DNA of 64,000 nt from a virus (taxonomy: Duplodnaviria > Heunggongvirae > Uroviricota > Caudoviricetes): the IMG/VR virus record IMGVR_UViG_3300029267_003506. One strand, written 5' to 3'. The position numbers were made by a program, and so were the translations under genes. Below, one piece after another: positions 56,298-63,639 of this stretch. Under the pieces are notes generated by a model, which worked only from the letters and a program-made list of their open reading frames with translations, had not been told where the DNA came from and did not search any database. Every line of letters begins with the position of its first letter. Position 1 is the first letter of the stretch.

Positions 56298-56843
56298 TCA
56301 CCTTGGCGTCGGTATTTCTGTCAGCGCCGCGTCACCAATGGGGCTCTTCCCCTCCTTGATGAGTCTGCTTGCTGCCACCACTGCGAAACAACTCTTGCTG
56401 TCATGAATCGTCGAATACAAAGATAGCAAGAACTCCGGCTCGACAACACGCCAGCCCCTCACCTCAATGCTCGGCACATCCCTCACAAAGAGGTCAATCG
56501 TCATCCGGATGTCCTTGTCGCCTACCAGAGTATATTTTTCATAGCGACGGAAATCCTCGGCGCTCGGCATCTTGTCAAACCGGGTCCTAACCTTCCGAAA
56601 GCCGTTAGCCTCTAAGTCCGCGATAACCTGCCAAAGAACCGGGGGCGAAACAAAGATATCCGCGTCCTTGTGATCATGGGCATGCTTCAGTTCCGTGTGC
56701 CCTGCCGGGGACATGAAATGCCACGCCCAGCCGCCAGACAACACCACGCGCTCCCTCAGCCTCTCTAAGTCAGCGAGATATGCGTCAATGCGCTCTTGAC
56801 GCCAAGTTTCTCCATACCGCCCTGGGTTGTGCGGTGCTGCCAT
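56298..56843 (-). CDS. hypothetical protein, possible nucleotidyltransferase fold
   Basis: LSGGWAW...(about 20 aa)...HDHKDADIFV, G[SG]...DxD-like. Weak. Confidence 0.4.
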   Translation of the reverse strand: MAAPHNPGRYGETWRQERIDAYLADLERLRERVVLSGGWAWHFMSPAGHTELKHAHDHKDADIFVSPPVLWQVIADLEANGFRKVRTRFDKMPSAEDFRRYEKYTLVGDKDIRMTIDLFVRDVPSIEVRGWRVVEPEFLLSLYSTIHDSKSCFAVVAASRLIKEGKSPIGDAALTEIPTPR

Positions 56844-57283
56844 GATACCTCCCTTCCCAGATTTTGACCGCCCCTAAAACCAGTTCCCCTGACTATCCTG
56901 CATGACCTCTTTTCCGCACCTCGAACACGTTGCATGAATAGAGCAGCCATCAAAGGAACGTTTGCCGCCGCTCCCGTCATGCCATCCCATTACCAAACAA
57001 AACGACTTGTCCTTGAAGCCAACCACCCAGTCATAGACGCCCACCAACCAGAAACCGCCAAAAACCACAAACAAGAAAATCCATATGTCAAACATGCCGT
57101 TCCCCTCCACACAAATCTCGCCATTTAACACGACTTATCGAAAACCACCATCTCAAATTATACGCTCTACCTAAAAAACCACGCACGAAAAAACCCCCTT
57201 TTCCCAAGGAGGTCAAGATAACTCCAAAACTCGTCACTACAGGCGATTTATCTCTACATCAAAAGCGCCCGACTTGCAGACCG

Positions 57284-57733
57284 TCAAATCTCACACTCAT
57301 CTCCCAGCAGCATGTCAAAATCAATCAGGTCCCCCAATTCACGCGGTGCAATCTCGGCCAATTTCGACGGGTCTACTATTATCCACTCATCACGCTCATC
57401 GCTCACACAATCGCGGAGACTATCAACTCTCTGGGCTTCCCTGGGCTCTCCTCGCTCCGGCTCCCCTGCCTGGTGCGCCGAATTACAGCGTTTTGCCATG
57501 AACCTCTCGGCTAAAACCAATGCCACCGGGTCGATACCTTCCTCTCCCTGGTCAGCCTGGGCTCGTAGTTCCCTCAGCGCATTTGGTCCCAGGTTGACAT
57601 ACCTGAACGCCGGCTCGGGATTCTGGTCGAGCAGTGGTTCGGCTCCATAGTCATCCGGGATGTATTCAGCCTCAATACCTTCTGGAGGCACCCCTGAAAT
57701 CATCTTCCTGAGCACTTCGTCGCGCGAGGTCAT
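57284..57733 (-). CDS. acidic hypothetical protein
   Basis: 149-aa ORF. Confidence 0.45.
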   Translation of the reverse strand: MTSRDEVLRKMISGVPPEGIEAEYIPDDYGAEPLLDQNPEPAFRYVNLGPNALRELRAQADQGEEGIDPVALVLAERFMAKRCNSAHQAGEPERGEPREAQRVDSLRDCVSDERDEWIIVDPSKLAEIAPRELGDLIDFDMLLGDECEI

Positions 57734-57736
57734 GTC

Positions 57737-58165
57737 CTACCAAGAGCCTTTCACGACTTTGAACCCGTGATTGCTGGATGCCTTCTGTAGCCGAGCCATA
57801 ATCTCGTTGCTCCACTCCAGGTCTTGGTCATCGTCGATGCTCCACCGAATTCTCGTTGACGCGACAAACCACTCGCTTTTTGCCCAGAATCGCAGGGGAC
57901 GAAAATATTCGAAGCGAGCCATGTGCTGGAAGGATTTCACAGCGTCATTCAATCTCTTGAAATCGCCCTCTGAGTCGCTGGCTTTTGTCTGGAGACTGCG
58001 CACTACATCTTTCCACTCGTCCCCCTCTTCCAACTCGACAACCCAGCGGAACACAATATCAACGAGTTTGCCCTTGCTGTTGATAAAAACTTGTTTGCCC
58101 GTCCAGGAACCAGCGAGTTCCTTGGCCATCCTCACGAGATTGCGTGCTACTCGTCTGTCGTCCAT
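57737..58165 (-). CDS. peptide-box family member (MDDRRVARNLVRMAKELAGS)
   Basis: Start at the box Met, 58165, with RBS GGGGAGG. Confidence 0.55.
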   Translation of the reverse strand: MDDRRVARNLVRMAKELAGSWTGKQVFINSKGKLVDIVFRWVVELEEGDEWKDVVRSLQTKASDSEGDFKRLNDAVKSFQHMARFEYFRPLRFWAKSEWFVASTRIRWSIDDDQDLEWSNEIMARLQKASSNHGFKVVKGSW

Positions 58166-58175
58166 TGTGCCTCCC

Positions 58176-58526
58176 CTATCTCGGAAAAATCTCTCTGCGC
58201 TGTTTGTCAGCGTAATCATCCGGTGTGCCGAATTGCTTGATGAATTTGCGCTCTGCCCCTGCGACGCGGTCAAACGCCTTGGTAGTCAGTGCATTGATGT
58301 GTTTGAGGAGTTTCCCAATGAGCACCACCATCTCCTTGGCATCCCTCTCCCCTGGTCCGCCGGAATAAGAGGCAGCAATGTCGTACCTGTCCCCCACCTG
58401 CCGCAGGGCTGTCTCGGCATCGTGCAACTTGTTCCATATTGGGTCAAGCGCCTCATTCACGGTCTCTGGTCCCATTAGAGCCACGACATGATTTGCCACC
58501 CTGTCAGCCACTTGTTCCTGGTTCAT
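58176..58526 (-). CDS. hypothetical protein (MNQEQVADRVANHVVALMG...)
   Basis: 116 aa. ATGA overlap with the upstream gene. The out-of-frame 296-aa ORF-track ORF that contains it was rejected. Confidence 0.45.
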   Translation of the reverse strand: MNQEQVADRVANHVVALMGPETVNEALDPIWNKLHDAETALRQVGDRYDIAASYSGGPGERDAKEMVVLIGKLLKHINALTTKAFDRVAGAERKFIKQFGTPDDYADKQRREIFPR

Positions 58527-59188
58527 GTCACCACCTCCCTTACCTTGCCCGGCTCTATTGCCTGCCAGCCGCTCATCATCCGCAAGAACCTCTTCACCGC
58601 GAAGTCGTCCCCGCGCATTAGCAAGTCCTTCGACTTGTTCCACAGCCAAACCACAGGCCGCTTGCCCATGAGCGGATGGCTGCCGTACTTGCTGAAGGCG
58701 ATGTTGGCTTGCTGCATCGCCTGCTTCGGGTCGCCCTTTATCTTGAAGGCCCTGAGTTTGACTTTCTGTTCGTACTCCTCGCGCTGTCTCTTCTCTTCCT
58801 TGGCTTGGGCTTCGAGGTTCGTCACCTTGCGCTGGATGCCCTCGACCTGGGACTTGCTCAACTCGCGCCGGTATCCCAGGGCGACATGCAGGTGGTCGGC
58901 TCCGTAGGGCTCGACCTTCCCGGTTTCCTTGTCCTTCACCCAGTAGACGTGGACAATCTTCCGGCCACAGCTCTTGCACTTCTCGGCGTTGTCCCAGTCG
59001 CTCACCTTCGCGGAGACAAGGCCGTCCTCGCGCTTGCTGTATACCTCGTCCCATTTCCAGCGCCACTCGTATGCAACAGCCTCATTACCGTTTGGACCTT
59101 CAAATGTCTTGCTAAATGAGCGAGGTGGTCCGGATGTGAGAATCCGGGCTACCTTTAGCAACTCTTGGGCGAGGAGGCAGTCGTCCAC
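58523..59188 (-). CDS. peptide-box family member (variant MDDCLLAQELLKVARIL)
   Basis: 221-aa ORF. Confidence 0.55.
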   Translation of the reverse strand: MDDCLLAQELLKVARILTSGPPRSFSKTFEGPNGNEAVAYEWRWKWDEVYSKREDGLVSAKVSDWDNAEKCKSCGRKIVHVYWVKDKETGKVEPYGADHLHVALGYRRELSKSQVEGIQRKVTNLEAQAKEEKRQREEYEQKVKLRAFKIKGDPKQAMQQANIAFSKYGSHPLMGKRPVVWLWNKSKDLLMRGDDFAVKRFLRMMSGWQAIEPGKVREVVT

Positions 59189-59194
59189 GGTTCA

Positions 59195-59677
59195 TCAGTC
59201 CAAATCAAAATCGCTCAGAGTCGCCGTCCACTTGATCTTCGCTTTCTGATAGTCCGGGAAATTGCGCAAAAACGGCCCCACTTCACTGGCATGTTTGAAG
59301 TAAAGCGGCTCGCCAAAGTCACCATCAACCGTTGTGATTTGCACGATGTAGTTGTATCCCTTCGCCTGCATCTTCTTGGCGACAGCCTTCTCCTTGTTGG
59401 AAAGAGCCGGAGCACCTGCAACCAGCGCCTTCGCCAGTCGCACAAGTTCCGTCGCCAACTCCTCTTTCGCCATCGGACACTCATCCGTACCACCCATCGG
59501 TCCTGTGCCATCCTGGGGACCTCTGCGAAGGTAACGTCTCCCTCGTGCCATCGGAGCATCATCTGTCATCGGGCACTCATCCGTACCACCGCAAGGACCA
59601 CTGCCATCAGGAATACCAGGTCCCATGATGCTGCCCGCAAGCCGCACAAGTTTCTTCGCCAATTCTTTCCTGTCCAT
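59195..59677 (-). CDS. peptide-box family member with two boxes and an internal duplication
   Basis: MDRKELAKKLVRLAGS...GSGPCGGTDECPMTDD // ...GTGPMGGTDECPMAKEELATELVRLAKALVAG. Confidence 0.55.
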   Translation of the reverse strand: MDRKELAKKLVRLAGSIMGPGIPDGSGPCGGTDECPMTDDAPMARGRRYLRRGPQDGTGPMGGTDECPMAKEELATELVRLAKALVAGAPALSNKEKAVAKKMQAKGYNYIVQITTVDGDFGEPLYFKHASEVGPFLRNFPDYQKAKIKWTATLSDFDLD

Positions 59678-59769
59678 CTCTTGCTCCCCTATGTAATCTC
59701 AATGTCCTCAACCAATTATAGCCCCGGGCGAATGACCACAAACTTCTCACAGGCGATGAGACCCGCGCA

Positions 59770-60201
59770 TCAGTCCAGCCAATTCGTGAACTTCCCTACG
59801 TTGGGGTTCTTTTCCAAGTACTCAACGACGGCTCCCGCGCCTTTTGCACCGCCGAATTTGACCACATACGGCACCGTCAACAACACAGAACTCGGTTCAC
59901 TCGCCTTTGAACCCATGCGCACGTCACCATCCGGTCTCATTTCCGCAGGCGACTTTGAAGCCACTTTCTCGACCCGTTCCCCAAAACGCTTCATTATGGT
60001 CGCAATGCCCTTGGCGTCTTCGCGGATGAAACTCACCTCCTGGCGAAAATACACACTGCCAGTCACCTCACCGCCATCAAGTGTGACCCAGAGACCACGA
60101 TAGGCAGCCTTCCTCGCTCGGGGTGTTCCGGAAACGTCAACTTTTGCCGTCAGTTCCTTTGCCAGTCGCACCAGTTCAGCAGCCACTCGTCTCTCATCCA
60201 T
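59770..60201 (-). CDS. peptide-box family member (MDERRVAAELVRLAKELTAK)
   Basis: 143-aa ORF with the canonical box. Confidence 0.6.
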   Translation of the reverse strand: MDERRVAAELVRLAKELTAKVDVSGTPRARKAAYRGLWVTLDGGEVTGSVYFRQEVSFIREDAKGIATIMKRFGERVEKVASKSPAEMRPDGDVRMGSKASEPSSVLLTVPYVVKFGGAKGAGAVVEYLEKNPNVGKFTNWLD

Positions 60202-60216
60202 CCCTCAACTCCTGCT

Positions 60217-60561
60217 TCAGAATGCCATGTAAATACGCTCGGCGGTTTCTTCATCAAACTCGCGCCTTACCTGTTCGATGCCCTTTTTGTAGAATTTGTC
60301 GTAAACCACCTTGCGAAGTCCAGCCGGCATGCTCCCAAAATAGTCTCGCAGGGCAATCACCGCACGCATCGCACTGGCAGCCTCCCTGTCCCGCAGCACC
60401 TTCGCGAATAGGTACAACAATGACTCCGAAAACCTATTCGAATCCGTCATGCGCTGAATAGTCTTGATGTGTTTTTCAACATCCACCGCCGTGCGTTTAC
60501 GGTCACTGCTTACCCCTTTCGCCAGCCGCACCAGTTCAGCAGCCACTCGTTTTTTGTCCAT
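60217..60561 (-). CDS. peptide-box family member (MDKKRVAAELVRLAKGV)
   Basis: Start at the box Met, 60561, with RBS AGAGGGA. Box DNA is almost identical to that of gene 59770..60201. Confidence 0.55.
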   Translation of the reverse strand: MDKKRVAAELVRLAKGVSSDRKRTAVDVEKHIKTIQRMTDSNRFSESLLYLFAKVLRDREAASAMRAVIALRDYFGSMPAGLRKVVYDKFYKKGIEQVRREFDEETAERIYMAF

Positions 60562-60607
60562 CTCAATCCCTCTCTTCGCGCAAACCTTGTTACCCGCTAC
60601 TTCCTCT

Positions 60608-60964
60608 TCAGACATCAACGACCACACCGATAAATGCCTCGCGCCCGTCGAGACCTGCCTGCACCTTCCCAGTACCACCAAATCTCTCGATTACGCTCCC
60701 GTCGTCGTCAAGCCCATCCATCTCAAACGTGAAACCGTGTTCCGAGCCCGACAACATCGGATTCTGCCAAATCTTCGTAAACTTCAATGAACCTTTGACA
60801 TAGCGAACATTTGGCGTGAAAGCATTGGGCACTTCCTTTTCCAGCATGCGTTCCACTCTGCGCTGGTACTTCACTGGCTTCCCAAAAGTCCCGAGACTGT
60901 AAACACCAGAAACGAGTCTTTTAGCCACCCGGACAAGTTCTCGCGCTACCTGTTTCTTGTTCAT
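60608..60964 (-). CDS. peptide-box family member (MNKKQVARELVRVAKRLVSG)
   Basis: Start at 60964 with RBS AAGGGGA. Confidence 0.55.
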   Translation of the reverse strand: MNKKQVARELVRVAKRLVSGVYSLGTFGKPVKYQRRVERMLEKEVPNAFTPNVRYVKGSLKFTKIWQNPMLSGSEHGFTFEMDGLDDDGSVIERFGGTGKVQAGLDGREAFIGVVVDV

Positions 60965-61023
60965 AATTCCCCTTTCGCTCGCCTGCTTTTCAGGAGGGTG
61001 AACGGCAACCAATCAACGTCTCC

Positions 61024-61371
61024 TCAGTCAATCTTGTCTTCTACTTCTCCGGCACCGTCATCCAACATCTCTTGTTCATCCGGCACCAACTCATTGAGAA
61101 GCCTTTGAAATTCACCAACATGCACCCGCTCCTCGTCGGCGATATCCTGAACGACACTCCGGACAAGTTCATTATCCGTCGCATCAGCAATGAATTCGTA
61201 GAGGTGAACCGCTTCCTCCTCCGCCGCGAGACCCTGACGCAGTAGCCTGGTCAACTCACGCTCGTTCACCTTGCGATCAGGGTCCAGGCAAACGCTCGGA
61301 TTGACAAATTGACCACCACTCAGAACCTTGGCAATGCGTACCAACTCTGCTGCAACGCGCTTGTTCGTCAT
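61024..61371 (-). CDS. peptide-box family member with ferritin-like ExxH pair
   Basis: MTNKRVAAELVRIAKVLSGG... then EEEAVHLYEF...DEERVHVGEF (two E-x-x-H motifs). Start at 61371 with RBS AGGAAGAG. Confidence 0.5.
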   Translation of the reverse strand: MTNKRVAAELVRIAKVLSGGQFVNPSVCLDPDRKVNERELTRLLRQGLAAEEEAVHLYEFIADATDNELVRSVVQDIADEERVHVGEFQRLLNELVPDEQEMLDDGAGEVEDKID

Positions 61372-61381
61372 CGGTCTCTTC

Positions 61382-61666
61382 CTATCTGAGTTTCTTGAGT
61401 TCTCCGAGGTAATTGGAACTACTGAGGGCATCAATCGCCTTCTTGATGACCGCCCGGATTGCCTTGATTGCCTTGTCGCGCTCTGACGGCTCTCCTCCCG
61501 GTTTCGCCACAAACGAATCTGAAAGCCTGTCATCGAGTTTCGCCAAAACCGTGAAAGCCTTGCCTATCTCCTTCCGCACATCGCCATCCAAGCCGGCTAT
61601 GCGCTCTGCAGCAATCATTTCCTTGGCAATCCGCACCAGTTCTCCTGCAATCCGTCTCTCGTCCAT
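61382..61666 (-). CDS. peptide-box family member (MDERRIAGELVRIAKEMIAA)
   Basis: 94-aa ORF. Confidence 0.55.
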   Translation of the reverse strand: MDERRIAGELVRIAKEMIAAERIAGLDGDVRKEIGKAFTVLAKLDDRLSDSFVAKPGGEPSERDKAIKAIRAVIKKAIDALSSSNYLGELKKLR

Positions 61667-61731
61667 CGCTTAGCTCCTCAAATAAGCAACTCGGTCCCTA
61701 CCGCCCAGAAAGGACAGCGCGACTCATTCAC

Positions 61732-61748
61732 CATACCAAGGAATATCA
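61732..61748 (+). promoter_or_regulatory. AATATCAAAGAATTATG motif variant
   Basis: Intergenic between minus-strand genes, at the boundary of the peptide-box array. Confidence 0.35.
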
Positions 61749-61753
61749 AAGAA

Positions 61754-61960
61754 TTATGAAGGTTTTTTGCCGGTCAGAAGATGCTCTAGCCGGAAGGGGC
61801 AATCAGACGGTGGAACCCGGATGGTGTCCACGCGAGGGTTACGAACAAACCACACTGAACGACAGCGATAGTTGCACGGATTGTCCTCTCCGCCGCCCGT
61901 GTAAAAAACCTTGCGGCATTTGAGACATACGTTAGGATTCACCGCTTTGTTTCCCGACAA
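61754..61960 (-). CDS. small Cys-rich protein, CPFxLEHL family
   Basis: CLKC...CNYRC...SDCPFRLEHLL. Confidence 0.45.
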   Translation of the reverse strand: MSGNKAVNPNVCLKCRKVFYTGGGEDNPCNYRCRSVWFVRNPRVDTIRVPPSDCPFRLEHLLTGKKPS

Positions 61961-62048
61961 CTACCAAAAGTGCAACAGGCTGCTGCATTTTTCTAATTCC
62001 TTTCCATAGCCCACTTTATGCTTTGTCAATTGTGCCGTCTGTAGCCAA

Positions 62049-62279
62049 TTAGTAGCCGTTCTTGCAAGGTGTAGCCTTTTCGGGAGGCGTACTGTTGCAC
62101 CCACAAGAACACGGCTCGCTCGGATAAAAACACCAACTTTTGTGATGGCTCTCCTCATGCTCGCGTTCGGTTCTGCAGCAACACGGTTCGCTTGGATAGA
62201 AATACCAATTCTCGTGGTGGTTCATCTGACCGGTATTTTGAAGCCCAGCGGTTCTCTCACGCCCACCGTCTCTTTTCAA
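62049..62279 (-). CDS. small Cys-rich protein with internal tandem duplication
   Basis: HHENWYFYPSEPCCCRTERE / HHKSWCFYPSEPCSCGCNST. Confidence 0.35.
   Translation of the reverse strand: MKRDGGRERTAGLQNTGQMNHHENWYFYPSEPCCCRTEREHEESHHKSWCFYPSEPCSCGCNSTPPEKATPCKNGY
62100..62235. repeat. about 63-bp tandem duplication inside a small Cys-rich gene
   Basis: CACGGCTCGCTCGGATAAAAACACCAACTTTTGTGATGG // CACGGTTCGCTTGGATAGAAATACCAATTCTCGTGGTGG. Confidence 0.55.
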
Positions 62280-62541
62280 GCCAAGCCAGCATCTCCCTTT
62301 CTCAACAAACGTGACGCCCTCTAGTATATCAAAATGCCCATCTCGTCTGAATCGCCCATCCCGCTTGCCCCCTTGATTGCCAAGATTGCCTCTCGCTTTC
62401 CCTCGGCTGCCCCCTCCTCAAGCGACGCCATGATTCCCTTCATTGTTGCCATCGTCAAAGCATACGTCGGCACAACAAACTTCGCGCCATCTGACAACCG
62501 AGAAACAACCGCCTCCCCCGTTACCACCTTCGCCCGAATCC

Positions 62542-62727
62542 TCACTCGTCACCGTCCTTCCAACCGCATTCCTCACACATTAACACCACCTCAACACACG
62601 AAGAGCAAGGAGCATGCCCAAGATGACAAGAGCAATTTTCAGACGCAGGATACCTCAACACTCCCTCTCCGCATCCAGGACACACGCCGCCCTCTTCTGG
62701 CTCCGCTGTCATCTCGCGCTCCTTCAA
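62542..62727 (-). CDS. Zn-ribbon hypothetical protein
   Basis: CPGCGEG...CSCH...CSSC...CEECG. Confidence 0.35.
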   Translation of the reverse strand: MKEREMTAEPEEGGVCPGCGEGVLRYPASENCSCHLGHAPCSSCVEVVLMCEECGWKDGDE

Positions 62728-62734
62728 AACGCCG

Positions 62735-62944
62735 TCAAACCTTCTGACTCCTCACATAATCATCCCATTCCTGACCGAGTGCCCTTCTCGCCTTCAACAT
62801 GTCGCAATTCTCGTCGTGTTCCCCTTCGTCAAGGTCCCTATCGCAAAACGCACAACACCGGTACATCCGATTGTCATACTCGCTCTCGTATTCAATCCCC
62901 CTTCGCAACCAGAAATGCGAATTCCTTGAAATCCGGCATCGCAA
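62735..62944 (-). CDS. Cys-rich hypothetical protein
   Basis: 69-aa ORF with CCAFCD...C. Confidence 0.35.
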   Translation of the reverse strand: MRCRISRNSHFWLRRGIEYESEYDNRMYRCCAFCDRDLDEGEHDENCDMLKARRALGQEWDDYVRSQKV

Positions 62945-62953
62945 ACCTCCTGA

Positions 62954-63133
62954 CTACAAAGCAAACCACTGCGCCTTTGTGGGAATGTCAGCATCCTCTA
63001 AACCCACGGCACACTCGCGGCACAGCGGCACATCCTTCGGCGTGTACCAATAAGCCGTCTCCCTCTCACACTTGCAACAATGCTCATACGGCTCAACACT
63101 TATCTCCATTGGCTCGTGCTCAACAGTAACCAC
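62954..63133 (-). CDS. small Cys-rich protein (start uncertain, GTG)
   Basis: The ORF-track ATG is embedded in a TGGTATAATGG box. Likely GTG start (VVTVEHEPMEISVEPYEHCCKCE...) with RBS AAGGAGA. Confidence 0.3.
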   Translation of the reverse strand: MVTVEHEPMEISVEPYEHCCKCERETAYWYTPKDVPLCRECAVGLEDADIPTKAQWFAL

Positions 63134-63172
63134 CGCTCTCGTCTCCTTCAAAAACCACCGTTGCTCGATTCC

Positions 63173-63182
63173 CATTATACCA
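63173..63182 (-). promoter_or_regulatory. extended -10 element TGGTATAATG
   Basis: Embedded in an ORF-track ORF. Likely the promoter for gene 62954..63133. Confidence 0.45.
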
Positions 63183-63519
63183 TTTCGGTTGTCTTTTTCG
63201 CTCGGTTTTTTCGTTTTTCTCGCTTCTTTCGTTGCCCTGCTTCCAGTAGTTGTTCCAGGTAGTACGGACACTCAGGTGACAATTCTACCTCCCGCACCCA
63301 CTTCCGTCTCACTTTTCGTAGCACCCACCAAACCAAAAGAGTCGCCCTGTTCCATTGCCTTTTCCACCGCCGCCGCAACCATCCCGGGCTCAATAGGCAT
63401 TCTACCTTCTCGCTCCAGAGATATTGATTCATTTGCCGGCAATACACCGAAACAAGATCATGACTCCGAACCATTGCAAACCCAGTGCAACGCTCGCAAA
63501 AATACGCGCGTACCTTCAT
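63175..63519 (-). CDS. Cys-rich protein, CPFxLEHL family (ECPYYLEQLL)
   Basis: 114 aa. N-terminal CERC pair plus the C-terminal family motif and a basic tail. Confidence 0.4.
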   Translation of the reverse strand: MKVRAYFCERCTGFAMVRSHDLVSVYCRQMNQYLWSEKVECLLSPGWLRRRWKRQWNRATLLVWWVLRKVRRKWVREVELSPECPYYLEQLLEAGQRKKREKRKNRAKKTTEMV

Positions 63520-63639
63520 CTAACTTATCTCCTTATAACGCTTTATAGGCAACAGCATAATCCATCTGACTTCTGGTCCTCGTCCAAAGTATACCGGAAA
63601 TCAGACATTTTTTTCGAATTTCAACAGCAAATCCGATTT

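Noticed and set aside
58176-59066. 296-aa minus-strand ORF rich in R, G, Q and E
   Set aside because: It is out of frame with and overlaps the well-supported box gene 58523..59188. Only its last 116 codons (58176..58526, MNQEQVADRVA...) look genuine, with an ATGA overlap.
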